A stretch of 38,146 nt of DNA from a virus (Duplodnaviria > Caudoviricetes), in IMG/VR virus record IMGVR_UViG_3300020045_005015, positions 1-38,146 of that record; one strand, 5' to 3'. Positions within the stretch are counted from its first letter, which is position 1. The number at the start of each line of letters is the position of its first letter. A program made the position numbers and the translations under genes. Below the pieces are notes generated by a model. The model had not been told where the DNA came from, did not search any database, and saw nothing but the letters and a program-made list of their open reading frames with translations. This document shows positions 28,220-36,155 of this stretch, piece after piece.

Positions 28220-28721
28220 AAACGTATTCACGGAAAACACAACTATTAGCGATTGGTTTACTGATAACATTTTTGACTGCCACACCTTAGAAGATAAGGA
28301 TAGGGGGTTGCATAATAAAATGACCTTAGAAGAAACCAATAAAATTAAAGTGTATGGTGATACTTGTATTGGGTATGGTAAATATGAAGTTGATATAACC
28401 TATTCGAATAAGTTTCAAATACACTACCCACTTGTTTTAAACGTGGTTGGGTTTAGCGGAATTAGAATACATTGTGGGGTTAATAAAAACCATACACTAG
28501 GTTGTTTGTTAACGGGTGAATCAGTTGTAAAAGATGGATTAAAAAATTCACAAGTTGCATTTTATAAAGTGTTTTTTAAAATGCTTAGTTACAAAACATC
28601 ACCGCCAATTGCATCGGAATTAATCGCATTACACAAAGCTAAAAACGCTGGTGGTTTTGCTAAATTGTACAATGCAAATAAGAATAGTAATAAAATTTAT
28701 ATCGAATATTTAAAACCTTAA
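28200..28721 (+). CDS. DUF5675-family putative endolysin
   Basis: CHTLED, GKYEV, GIRIHCG..HTLGCLLTG. Confidence 0.8.
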   Translation: MEIKIIRNVFTENTTISDWFTDNIFDCHTLEDKDRGLHNKMTLEETNKIKVYGDTCIGYGKYEVDITYSNKFQIHYPLVLNVVGFSGIRIHCGVNKNHTLGCLLTGESVVKDGLKNSQVAFYKVFFKMLSYKTSPPIASELIALHKAKNAGGFAKLYNANKNSNKIYIEYLKP

Positions 28722-28724
28722 ATT

Positions 28725-29027
28725 ATGAATTGGATAAAAAAAACTTGGTTCAGATTGCTATGGCATATCAAAGAATTAAACAAAACTTTTAGCAATGAAA
28801 AGAGTTACTATTTATCCAAGCGAATTGAAAGGGCTATACTTTTTATAAATGCTGTTTTTATTTTTGATTACTACGTTTTTAAAAATCTAAGCCATTTAAC
28901 CTATACCGAAATTATGGAGGCGTTTGCAATCAATTTGCTTTATGCTGGATTCCTTGTAAAACAAAATCAAGTAGATAAAAAACATGAAGCTAAATCTAAT
29001 AATCCTACTGACGTTAATAACGTTTAG
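28725..29027 (+). CDS. Putative holin
   Basis: Two hydrophobic segments, SKRIER, between endolysin and spanin. Confidence 0.6.
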   Translation: MNWIKKTWFRLLWHIKELNKTFSNEKSYYLSKRIERAILFINAVFIFDYYVFKNLSHLTYTEIMEAFAINLLYAGFLVKQNQVDKKHEAKSNNPTDVNNV

Positions 29028-29490
29028 CAGTTGCATCTCAGCTCGTAAACGTGCTAAAATTTGCGCCACGTGCCCTGTATCGGTTAAGGATAGCATAGTA
29101 AACACAACATCAACAATTGTGCGTGATACTACTATTTACATCACGATACAAGGTGAGCCAGTTATAATTGATAATCCTTGCGACACAAACGGCATTTTAA
29201 AGCCATTTAAAAGGGTTGAGCGTAACAATGGACTAATAACTACAATCGAAGCTAAAGATGGCAAATTAACGGCTCGATGTGATGCTGACAGCCTATCTAA
29301 AGTTATCGAGGCGTTGACCAAAATAGTTAACCATTCAAGTTCAAAAGATACGGTTAAAACAATCGAGGTTAATCGACCTACAAAATTCCAAGGTTTTACG
29401 TTTTGGTGGTTTTGGATAACTGTTGTTTTGTTGCTGTTTTGGATTGGCAAAAATTATTTGTTGCGGTATTTAAAAAAAGTTGTACCTTAG
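28984..29490 (+). CDS. Putative unimolecular spanin
   Basis: Lipoprotein signal (..LITFSS|C) and C-terminal TM FWWFWITVVLLLFWIG. Confidence 0.7.
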   Translation: MKLNLIILLTLITFSSCISARKRAKICATCPVSVKDSIVNTTSTIVRDTTIYITIQGEPVIIDNPCDTNGILKPFKRVERNNGLITTIEAKDGKLTARCDADSLSKVIEALTKIVNHSSSKDTVKTIEVNRPTKFQGFTFWWFWITVVLLLFWIGKNYLLRYLKKVVP

Positions 29491-29545
29491 CAATATGGGC
29501 TTGTAAGCTCGCTATTTAATCACTTTTCAACAAAAAGGGTCAATT

Positions 29546-29578
29546 AAACCAACCGTAAAAAAGTTGGTTTTTTTATTT
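29546..29578 (+). terminator. Intrinsic terminator, rightward
   Basis: AAACCAAC-cgtaaaaaa-GTTGGTTT followed by a T tract. Confidence 0.75.
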
Positions 29579-29579
29579 T

Positions 29580-29616
29580 AAATAAACAAACCCTAGCTAT
29601 TTCTAACTAGGGTTTG
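29580..29616 (-). terminator. Intrinsic terminator, leftward
   Basis: CAAACCCTAG...CTAGGGTTTG stem, T-rich tail on the minus strand. Confidence 0.75.
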
Positions 29617-29652
29617 ATGTATTTTTTGATGTGAACAATGTAAAAGTACTAA

Positions 29653-29811
29653 TTATTTTTTAATTACGCACGTTTTTTGCCCCTCAACTAATTCCGCAAC
29701 ATTACTATCAATTATAACTTTCATGTGTGGGTGGCAATTTTTCTTAAGCCATTTCATAACAGGTTTTACAACCTTATCGAAATCTTTGTGTTTTGTTTTT
29801 TCTGTTTTCAT
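29653..29811 (-). CDS. 52-aa phage protein
   Basis: MKTEKTKHKDFDKVVKPVMKWLKKNCHPHMKVIIDSNVAELVEG..., resembles a widespread small phage family (P.IKWL..N.HPH). Confidence 0.7.
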   Translation of the reverse strand: MKTEKTKHKDFDKVVKPVMKWLKKNCHPHMKVIIDSNVAELVEGQKTCVIKK

Positions 29812-29840
29812 ATTTGTTTTTATTAGTTTAATCTTAAAAT

Positions 29841-29867
29841 AAACCTGTAAGGATTACTTACAGGTTT
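29841..29867 (-). terminator. Perfect 11-bp hairpin, probable terminator
   Basis: AAACCTGTAAG-gatta-CTTACAGGTTT. Confidence 0.65.
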
Positions 29868-29972
29868 CTCTCATAAATCGAACGCATCTGCAATGTTCTG
29901 CCGTTAATTAATCCCAACATTGAAACGGATTAATTCCAGTAATATGCTCAGTTTATAGCGTTCTGCGCAGTT

Positions 29973-30173
29973 TTATAATGTTTTTTGTTTCAAGTTTGCC
30001 AAACTATATTCATCGCTTTCAGTTGATGTGTATTTATCCTTGCATTTATCACAAATATAAACGTAAAAATCTCCTTCGTAAACTTTGTTTTTTACGATGT
30101 GCTTTCGTTTGGTAATAGTTAATTCTAATACCGCACCAATACAACAAGGGCTGTTTAGCCTGCCTTTAATCAT
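29973..30173 (-). CDS. Small zinc-ribbon-like protein
   Basis: SPCC and YICDKCKDKYT motifs. Confidence 0.6.
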   Translation of the reverse strand: MIKGRLNSPCCIGAVLELTITKRKHIVKNKVYEGDFYVYICDKCKDKYTSTESDEYSLANLKQKTL

Positions 30174-30412
30174 TGTATTTCAGCGTCTAGTTTATTAATG
30201 TGATTATCAATAGACTTTATTAAATCAAAAGCATCAATTTTACCTGTTGGTAATGAATCATAAAGTTCGTTTCTTATTTCTGTTAATCGTTCAAACTTCT
30301 CCTCATAGAGCTTCATTACTGCATCGGCTAAATCGTGATAATCAGGCTTGCCATCATCTGTTTTAAATGAGTCTTGCATCGCCTTAATAACTTCTTCTTT
30401 GGTTGGTTTCAT
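30170..30412 (-). CDS. Hypothetical protein
   Basis: Packed leftward operon. Confidence 0.7.
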   Translation of the reverse strand: MKPTKEEVIKAMQDSFKTDDGKPDYHDLADAVMKLYEEKFERLTEIRNELYDSLPTGKIDAFDLIKSIDNHINKLDAEIQ

Positions 30413-30436
30413 TTGGGTTATGGGTTTAAATTAAAC

Positions 30437-30601
30437 TTATGGGTAATAATTATCGTTATAATCATCATTTTTCTTTTGTCTTTCACTTTGTCCAGTTAAA
30501 TCATCCGATGGTTTATCTCTGTAAATTATAGAACATACTATAAACCAAACCAAAAATAAAATAATCAATATGAATAAAGCATTCGCAATGTATGTTATCA
30601 T
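30437..30601 (-). CDS. 54-aa single-TM protein
   Basis: MITYIANALFILIILFLVWFIVCSIIYRDK... fills the operon gap. Confidence 0.6.
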   Translation of the reverse strand: MITYIANALFILIILFLVWFIVCSIIYRDKPSDDLTGQSERQKKNDDYNDNYYP

Positions 30602-30614
30602 CTGTTATCTAGTT

Positions 30615-30893
30615 TTAATTGGTTTTGTATGGCTTTAGCTTACCTAATTTTACTTGTTCGTCTCCATATAAAATTGAGTTTTTTTCTTCATCAGTTAAAC
30701 TAAAATCTTTTTCTTGTTTTGTTTTTAGCCAATCATAGCTTTCTTGCATTCTTACTTTTCTCGATTCTTCTTCAAAAAACAATTGACTACTTAATGCTGT
30801 TTGTAAAGCACTTATCATTTGTTCAGGTGTAAGCGGATTTGGCTTTTCTGCAATTCTTTCTAGTGCTAACACTAGTCTTTTTAATAGTCCCAT
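30615..30893 (-). CDS. Hypothetical protein
   Basis: Leftward operon. Confidence 0.7.
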   Translation of the reverse strand: MGLLKRLVLALERIAEKPNPLTPEQMISALQTALSSQLFFEEESRKVRMQESYDWLKTKQEKDFSLTDEEKNSILYGDEQVKLGKLKPYKTN

Positions 30894-30897
30894 TTTT

Positions 30898-31158
30898 TTA
30901 TCTAGTTTTAATTGGTTTCTGTTTATCGTAATCGTTGCGGTCTAGTTGCTCCATTTCTCGTAGTGTTACAAACATCCCATTCCAAAATTCGGTTGCTTCT
31001 TCCCATCCATTAAAGTTTTTACACTCAGTCCAAATAAATCCACTGCCAATAACTAACGATAATTTACTTGCTTTACGGCGTGGATGGTAAATTTTAGTTA
31101 TACACTCCCTCAACTCTTTCGGCAACGTATCGAGCCACTCTTTTACTGTTTTTTCCAT
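30898..31158 (-). CDS. Hypothetical protein
   Basis: KTVKEWLDTLP..F.W....G..FW pattern. Confidence 0.7.
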   Translation of the reverse strand: MEKTVKEWLDTLPKELRECITKIYHPRRKASKLSLVIGSGFIWTECKNFNGWEEATEFWNGMFVTLREMEQLDRNDYDKQKPIKTR

Positions 31159-31172
31159 TGGGTTAGATTTAG

Positions 31173-31400
31173 TTATTTTTTTGTCAGTCCTCGCAAATTC
31201 ATTTCCTCAATTTTCTTATCATTTTCAACAGCCTCTCTAATTCGTTCCTCCAAGTGCATTGTAAATCCTACCCTGCAACAAGTTACTTTCTTTTCAGAAA
31301 ATTCACACCCATCACTTTTACCTTCGCCTTTACAAGCCCCGTAAACTCCAATCCAGTCAGCTATTACATTTGCTAAATCTGATACTGTTTCAATTTCCAT
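31173..31400 (-). CDS. Cys-rich hypothetical protein
   Basis: IADWIGVYGAC..CCRVGF. Confidence 0.7.
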   Translation of the reverse strand: MEIETVSDLANVIADWIGVYGACKGEGKSDGCEFSEKKVTCCRVGFTMHLEERIREAVENDKKIEEMNLRGLTKK

Positions 31401-31403
31401 ACT

Positions 31404-31628
31404 CTATTTTTTTCTAGTTTTCGGTTTAAGTGTTACAACATAATTCTTCTTACTTTTCTCATGTGCTATAATATAACGCTCTGTTAACTGCTTTTTCATA
31501 ATCGTATCTGCTACGTGTAGATAGGCACAATAAGACTTATCACGAATCAGTAAACCTATAACAAACAAAGCAATTATCAGTAGTAGCGTAACGATGGCGG
31601 GGTAGGTGGATTTCATTTGGTTAGGCAT
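31404..31628 (-). CDS. Single-TM hypothetical protein
   Basis: AIVTLLLIIALFVIGLLI. Confidence 0.6.
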   Translation of the reverse strand: MPNQMKSTYPAIVTLLLIIALFVIGLLIRDKSYCAYLHVADTIMKKQLTERYIIAHEKSKKNYVVTLKPKTRKK

Positions 31629-32028
31629 TTAAGAGGTGTTTATGGGTGTAAATGTTTCCGATAACAACACAATCTACATCATCTGTACCAGCTTTTTTTC
31701 TGCTATTAAGATAATCAAATAGTGTTTTCGGTTTATTTCCCTTTGGATTAGTATGGAATTTTACCATAAATGCGCCTGTGTTTTCGCATTGATAAACTTC
31801 CACTTTCCATCTTTCAGAAAGTAAATCTTTAGTGTAAATCTCTTTACCATCAATACTTAGTTGTCCTGTGAATTGCGACAAAATAAATTGGTCTGAATCA
31901 CACGGCTGTTGCATATCTTTTCCGCAATCAATAGAATCAATTTCACCATTGTTGCCTATTGTAAAATACGATGGGATAAACTCATTGTTTTCTTTATCCC
32001 ATGCTCGAAACTTTATTTCTCTATTCAT
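31621..32028 (-). CDS. YopX-family protein
   Basis: MNREIKFRAWD, QFTG...GKEIY..D, VIGNIY. Confidence 0.9.
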   Translation of the reverse strand: MNREIKFRAWDKENNEFIPSYFTIGNNGEIDSIDCGKDMQQPCDSDQFILSQFTGQLSIDGKEIYTKDLLSERWKVEVYQCENTGAFMVKFHTNPKGNKPKTLFDYLNSRKKAGTDDVDCVVIGNIYTHKHLLNA

Positions 32029-32030
32029 CT

Positions 32031-32390
32031 CTACTTGTTTTTAAATTGTTCAACGTAATTTATTAGCGACATAAGCTCGGTGGATTTGAAGCGTTGTGGT
32101 TTGCCAGTTCCATTATGACTGAAATAACCTAAATATTTAATTTTTGGATTAACCACAATATGAGTAATACTTCTTGGTTTATTTTTGTCATTATTATAGC
32201 CATATTCTAACATTTGGCTATTATTAAAATATTCATCAGGCTTGTTATACCCAAGCATCCAAAGCACCATTTCTGTTTCAATAAGCGACTGTAATATTTC
32301 TTCTCTAGTGTTTCCGATGCCTTCAACGGCGATGTAGGGTAGTTGCATATTTATTTTTTTGGATTGTTTAGTAGCCTTTTGTGGATCCAA
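32031..32390 (-). CDS. Hypothetical protein (start may be 32349)
   Basis: Leftward operon. Confidence 0.6.
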   Translation of the reverse strand: MDPQKATKQSKKINMQLPYIAVEGIGNTREEILQSLIETEMVLWMLGYNKPDEYFNNSQMLEYGYNNDKNKPRSITHIVVNPKIKYLGYFSHNGTGKPQRFKSTELMSLINYVEQFKNK

Positions 32391-32647
32391 TTATTAACTC
32401 TTAATGGATTAGCAATTATAATTATTTTATTTTCACTATAAATCCTCCACCCCTCATTCCATTGCTGGCCCTTTCGTAATTGCCAGAAACTTGTCTCATC
32501 TTGCTTAAGGCCATCATCACTTAGAATGTCATCCCAGGTAATTACGCCATCTTTAAGCGTAATAAACCTGTGCCTGTTAGGTTCAAGTAGATCGTGTGTG
32601 ATTTTCTTACCTTGCTGTAGGGCTTTTTTTGCTTGTTCTTTGTTCAT
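32351..32647 (-). CDS. Hypothetical protein
   Basis: MNKEQAKKALQQGKKITH..W.EGW pattern typical of small phage proteins. Confidence 0.7.
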   Translation of the reverse strand: MNKEQAKKALQQGKKITHDLLEPNRHRFITLKDGVITWDDILSDDGLKQDETSFWQLRKGQQWNEGWRIYSENKIIIIANPLRVNNWIHKRLLNNPKK

Positions 32648-32655
32648 TTTGTGGT

Positions 32656-32859
32656 TTATTGTATTAATATTTTAGACGCCTTGATATAAAAAACTCCTTT
32701 TTCCTTTATCACTAATCTTTGAAAAATCACCTTAGATTTTTTTAATTTTCTAGGTATTCTTTTATATAAATCTTTTGGGTTCAAAATTAGTGTCCGCTTA
32801 AAATCATTCCCACAACACTCGTTAAATGGTGGTATTGATATATCACTACATGGTTTCAT
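32656..32859 (-). CDS. Hypothetical basic protein
   Basis: RIPRKLKK motif. Confidence 0.6.
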   Translation of the reverse strand: MKPCSDISIPPFNECCGNDFKRTLILNPKDLYKRIPRKLKKSKVIFQRLVIKEKGVFYIKASKILIQ

Positions 32860-32880
32860 TTCGTTATTGGTTTAATTTTA

Positions 32881-33090
32881 CTATGACCTTATTACTTTAT
32901 AATATTCTTCAATGTGTAATGTAGTTCCAAAAGACTTGTGTAGTGGTGATTTTTCATCAAATTCAATCAATGTGTTTTCAAGTTCTTGTTCTGTTGGGTA
33001 TGTTTCAAAATCTTTTTTCATACTCATAAATGGTTCCGCAAAATTATATTTAACCATCTTTATACTATATACTTTTTTTAATGTTGTCAT
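32881..33090 (-). CDS. Hypothetical protein, first gene of the leftward operon
   Basis: Follows the leftward promoter. Confidence 0.65.
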   Translation of the reverse strand: MTTLKKVYSIKMVKYNFAEPFMSMKKDFETYPTEQELENTLIEFDEKSPLHKSFGTTLHIEEYYKVIRS

Positions 33091-33105
33091 TTTTTTAATG
33101 GTTTT

Positions 33106-33197
33106 GTTAAAATATTTTTACAAACATACAACAAATATTTTAATTAAAAACAACGTTTGTTAAATAAATTTTACTATTTTTGTAAAATAATTTAAAC
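33106..33197. promoter_or_regulatory. Divergent promoters with three 16-bp operator-like palindromes
   Basis: Leftward TATGTTTG (33121-33128, minus strand) and rightward TATTTTTG (33175-33182); palindromes at 33106, 33159 and 33182. Confidence 0.65.
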
Positions 33198-33198
33198 A

Positions 33199-33567
33199 AT
33201 GAATAGAACAGTATTTATTTACGGATTGTTTTGCCCAATTGAAAAGCAAATAAAATACATTGGCTCAACTGTAGACTTAAGGTTTAGAACGAATGCTCAT
33301 TATTCAAATTGCGGCTCCCAAGGCATTCAAAAAACACTTTGGGTGGAAAAACTTAGAAAAAAAAATCTGAGATTTGAAGTAATAACAATTGATGAAACCA
33401 CCGAGCAACAAAGAGATTACTGGGAAAAATTTTATATTGAACTTTTTAAATCATGGGGATTTAATTTACTTAACTCAAAAACTTACTACAATGCAAAAGA
33501 AAAAAAAGAAAGATGGGAATTGCAAAAAAAATACATTACAAGAAAAAATAAAAAAAACAGGGCTTAA
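33199..33567 (+). CDS. GIY-YIG nuclease
   Basis: FIYGLFCP..KYIGST..R..H, E..YI, LLN. Confidence 0.85.
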   Translation: MNRTVFIYGLFCPIEKQIKYIGSTVDLRFRTNAHYSNCGSQGIQKTLWVEKLRKKNLRFEVITIDETTEQQRDYWEKFYIELFKSWGFNLLNSKTYYNAKEKKERWELQKKYITRKNKKNRA

Positions 33568-33688
33568 AAAAAGCTTTTTAGCCTCTAAAATTGGGCTTTC
33601 TAATACTGAATTTTCGTTTTTTCTGAATAAAAAAAGGCATTACGAAGGCAAAGAAGAAGAGCTTTTGGAGTTTTTAGATAGTTTGTAA
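33491..33688 (+). CDS. Cro-like HTH regulator (start uncertain)
   Basis: IKKTGLKKSFLASKIGLSNTEFSFFLN. Confidence 0.7.
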   Translation: MQKKKKKDGNCKKNTLQEKIKKTGLKKSFLASKIGLSNTEFSFFLNKKRHYEGKEEELLEFLDSL

Positions 33689-33783
33689 AAATAATTTTAC
33701 GCCTAATTATCAAACAGTTATGAAAAAACACAAAAATAAGTGTAAATTTATTTTTACAAATCAAAATAAATGCTTTATCTTTA
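33685..33783 (+). promoter_or_regulatory. Two more operator-like palindromes and a rightward promoter
   Basis: GTAAAAATAATTTTAC (33685), GTAAATTTATTTTTAC (33742), variant -7 box TATCTTTA (33776-33783). Confidence 0.55.
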
Positions 33784-33825
33784 CAACGTGATAGCAACTA
33801 AGCTACACATTAACTCGCAAAACAA

Positions 33826-33963
33826 ATGAAAACTACAAAAAAACAAACAGTAAAAATACTGGGCCAAACAGTAACTGTTGGCACTAAATTACACGCCAAA
33901 TTGGTGGACAGGGTAAAGCACTTTAACGACTTAGCTAAACACGAAACCAACCAAATTAATTAA
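33826..33963 (+). CDS. 45-aa early protein
   Basis: MKTTKKQTVKILGQTVTVGTKLHAKLVDRVKHFNDLAKHETNQIN*. Confidence 0.6.
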   Translation: MKTTKKQTVKILGQTVTVGTKLHAKLVDRVKHFNDLAKHETNQIN

Positions 33964-34027
33964 TAACCTTTTGCGAGCGAGGAAATCGGAAGAAAGTACT
34001 CGCCGCAATTTAAAAACAACTCGCAAA

Positions 34028-34381
34028 ATGAAAAAACCATTCAACCTATCTGAGTACGCTAAAAGCCTACTTAAAAAAGAGCCAGATTTAACTAAAGAAT
34101 TTACTGGTGTTTCTCAAAAAATACTGATTGATAAACTGGAATCAGATTTACAACGAGCCAAGAAAATAAATGTACGCTTATTAACGGCACACATCGAAAT
34201 TAACAGGCTTAAGAACTTGATTGATGCAAACCGCAAGAAAGATTTTTTCGAGTACGATTTGGCATTGCATGCAGAATTAACCTATAAAAAACTTTCACTT
34301 GAAAGCGAGGTTGAGGGATTAAATCAGATTTGCACAACCGAAATTCAAAACAAAATAAATAACTTAATCAAATACAACTAA
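34028..34381 (+). CDS. Hypothetical protein
   Basis: ATG 34028 preferred over the TTG that lies inside a hairpin. Confidence 0.7.
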   Translation: MKKPFNLSEYAKSLLKKEPDLTKEFTGVSQKILIDKLESDLQRAKKINVRLLTAHIEINRLKNLIDANRKKDFFEYDLALHAELTYKKLSLESEVEGLNQICTTEIQNKINNLIKYN

Positions 34382-34383
34382 AA

Positions 34384-35529
34384 ATGGAAAACACACAATT
34401 AGTAATCAATCCTAAAGACTTCGGATTAGATGAGAAAAAAGTAAATGAATTAACTAATGGATTGCAAGCCATTATAGAAGAAAGAAATGTTTTAATTGAT
34501 AACTATAAAACATTAATTGTAATCGAAGCCACTAAAGAAAACCTATCAATGTTTAAAGAATTGCGTTTGAAAATTCGTGATAACAGAACTAAAGGAATTG
34601 AAAAGTGGCACAAAGTAAACAAAGAATTTTTCTTAACTGGCGGTAGATTTGTTGATGCAATTAAAAATAAAGAGGTTGCAGAAAATGAAAGAATGGAAGA
34701 AAAACTTGATGCACTTGAAAAGCATTTTGAGAATTTAGAAAAAGAAAGATTAAAACAAATTCATTTGGAAAGAGTAGAAAAAATTAGTAAATTTAATTAT
34801 GAAATTGGCACTACTGATTTTTCTTTAATGGATGAAAATATGTTTGGTGCGATTTTATTAGGTGCGGAAACTAAACATAAGGAAGATTTAGAAAAAGCAA
34901 GGTTGGCAGAGTTGGCAAGATTAGAAGCGATTAGATTAGAGGAGGAAGAAAAAGCAAAACAGAAAGCGGAATTAGAAAGATTGAGATTAGAAAACGAGGC
35001 TAAAGAAAAAGAATTAAAAGAACAAAAAGCTAAAGCAGATGCGGAGTTAGCCGAGCAACAAAGATTAGCTAAAATTGAAGCAGATAAACAAGCTGAAATA
35101 TTACGCAAGCAAAAAGAAGAATCTGATAGAATTGCAAGTGAATTAAAGGCTAAGGCAGACGCGGAAGCAAAAAAGGCAAACGATATAATTGAAGCCCAAA
35201 GAAAAAAATTAGAGGCAGAAAGAGAATCGGCCAGACAAGCAGCATTGGAGGTTGAAAGATTGGCCAAAGAAAAAGCAGCCGCAGAGTTAAAGGCAAAGCA
35301 AGAAGCGGAAAAGCTAGAGGCGGAAAGATTGGAAGCGTTAAAGCAAGCCGAGTTGGCACCAGATAAAGAAAAGTTAACTAAGTGGCTTAATAGTTTATCT
35401 ACTGTAGCGGGTGAATTAAAAGTAAACGGCTTGCAAAACCAAGACGCCATTGCAGTTTCTAATTTAATTAATCAAAAATTTGAAGGTTTTAAAAAATGGG
35501 CACTTGAACAAATAACTAATATAAAATAA
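34384..35529 (+). CDS. Long coiled-coil protein (DUF1351-like position)
   Basis: E/K/A-rich heptads, C-terminal APDKEKL; upstream of recombination genes. Confidence 0.75.
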   Translation: MENTQLVINPKDFGLDEKKVNELTNGLQAIIEERNVLIDNYKTLIVIEATKENLSMFKELRLKIRDNRTKGIEKWHKVNKEFFLTGGRFVDAIKNKEVAENERMEEKLDALEKHFENLEKERLKQIHLERVEKISKFNYEIGTTDFSLMDENMFGAILLGAETKHKEDLEKARLAELARLEAIRLEEEEKAKQKAELERLRLENEAKEKELKEQKAKADAELAEQQRLAKIEADKQAEILRKQKEESDRIASELKAKADAEAKKANDIIEAQRKKLEAERESARQAALEVERLAKEKAAAELKAKQEAEKLEAERLEALKQAELAPDKEKLTKWLNSLSTVAGELKVNGLQNQDAIAVSNLINQKFEGFKKWALEQITNIK

Positions 35530-35531
35530 TT

Positions 35532-35762
35532 ATGAAAAACGCAGACAAACCAGCCCTACCAACTGTCGATACAATTCATCCCAGAACAGGAGAAAGGCAT
35601 GAGCCAATAAACTTAGGATTAACTAAGCGCGAACACTTTGCAGCTTTAGCAATGCAGGGATTATCAGCTAATGAAGGATTACACAGTTGGGATGCAGAAA
35701 GAATTTGTATTGAATCAGTAAAAATGGCTGACGAACTATTAAAACAATTAGAAACCAAATAA
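35532..35762 (+). CDS. Conserved small phage protein
   Basis: GLTKREHFAALAMQG...ADELL motif. Confidence 0.8.
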   Translation: MKNADKPALPTVDTIHPRTGERHEPINLGLTKREHFAALAMQGLSANEGLHSWDAERICIESVKMADELLKQLETK

Positions 35763-35770
35763 AAAAAACC

Positions 35771-36046
35771 ATGAAAAAAACAGAAACACCACAGCAGAAA
35801 ATCGCTAAACTCGAACTACAATTAAAGAGCGAGTTAAAACACAACGCAGCAATTGAAACTTCTAAAATCATTTGCGAGGGATTTAGAAATTCAATTAAGG
35901 AAAACAAAGAGTGTATTTTATTTCATCAGGGCCAAATAGCTCTTGCGGAAAAAGGATTAACTGAACACGAAAAAACAGCAGTATTACCATTAAAAAATTC
36001 TGAATTAACAGAAAAAAATATTGCTGAATTGAAAAAATCTTTGTAA
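35771..36046 (+). CDS. Hypothetical protein
   Basis: Packed operon. Confidence 0.65.
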   Translation: MKKTETPQQKIAKLELQLKSELKHNAAIETSKIICEGFRNSIKENKECILFHQGQIALAEKGLTEHEKTAVLPLKNSELTEKNIAELKKSL

Positions 36047-36155
36047 CATTGCCCTGCTATCCGTTAAAAAAAAGACATTAAAAAAATCTCCTTCCATTGC
36101 CACAAACCACCACGGTTGAACGGATAGCCTTTGGATTGGAGATATTAAAATCAAA

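Noticed and set aside
34797-35450. 217-aa minus-strand ORF
   Set aside because: Shadow of the E/K/A coiled-coil gene; low-complexity S/A/F/L sequence
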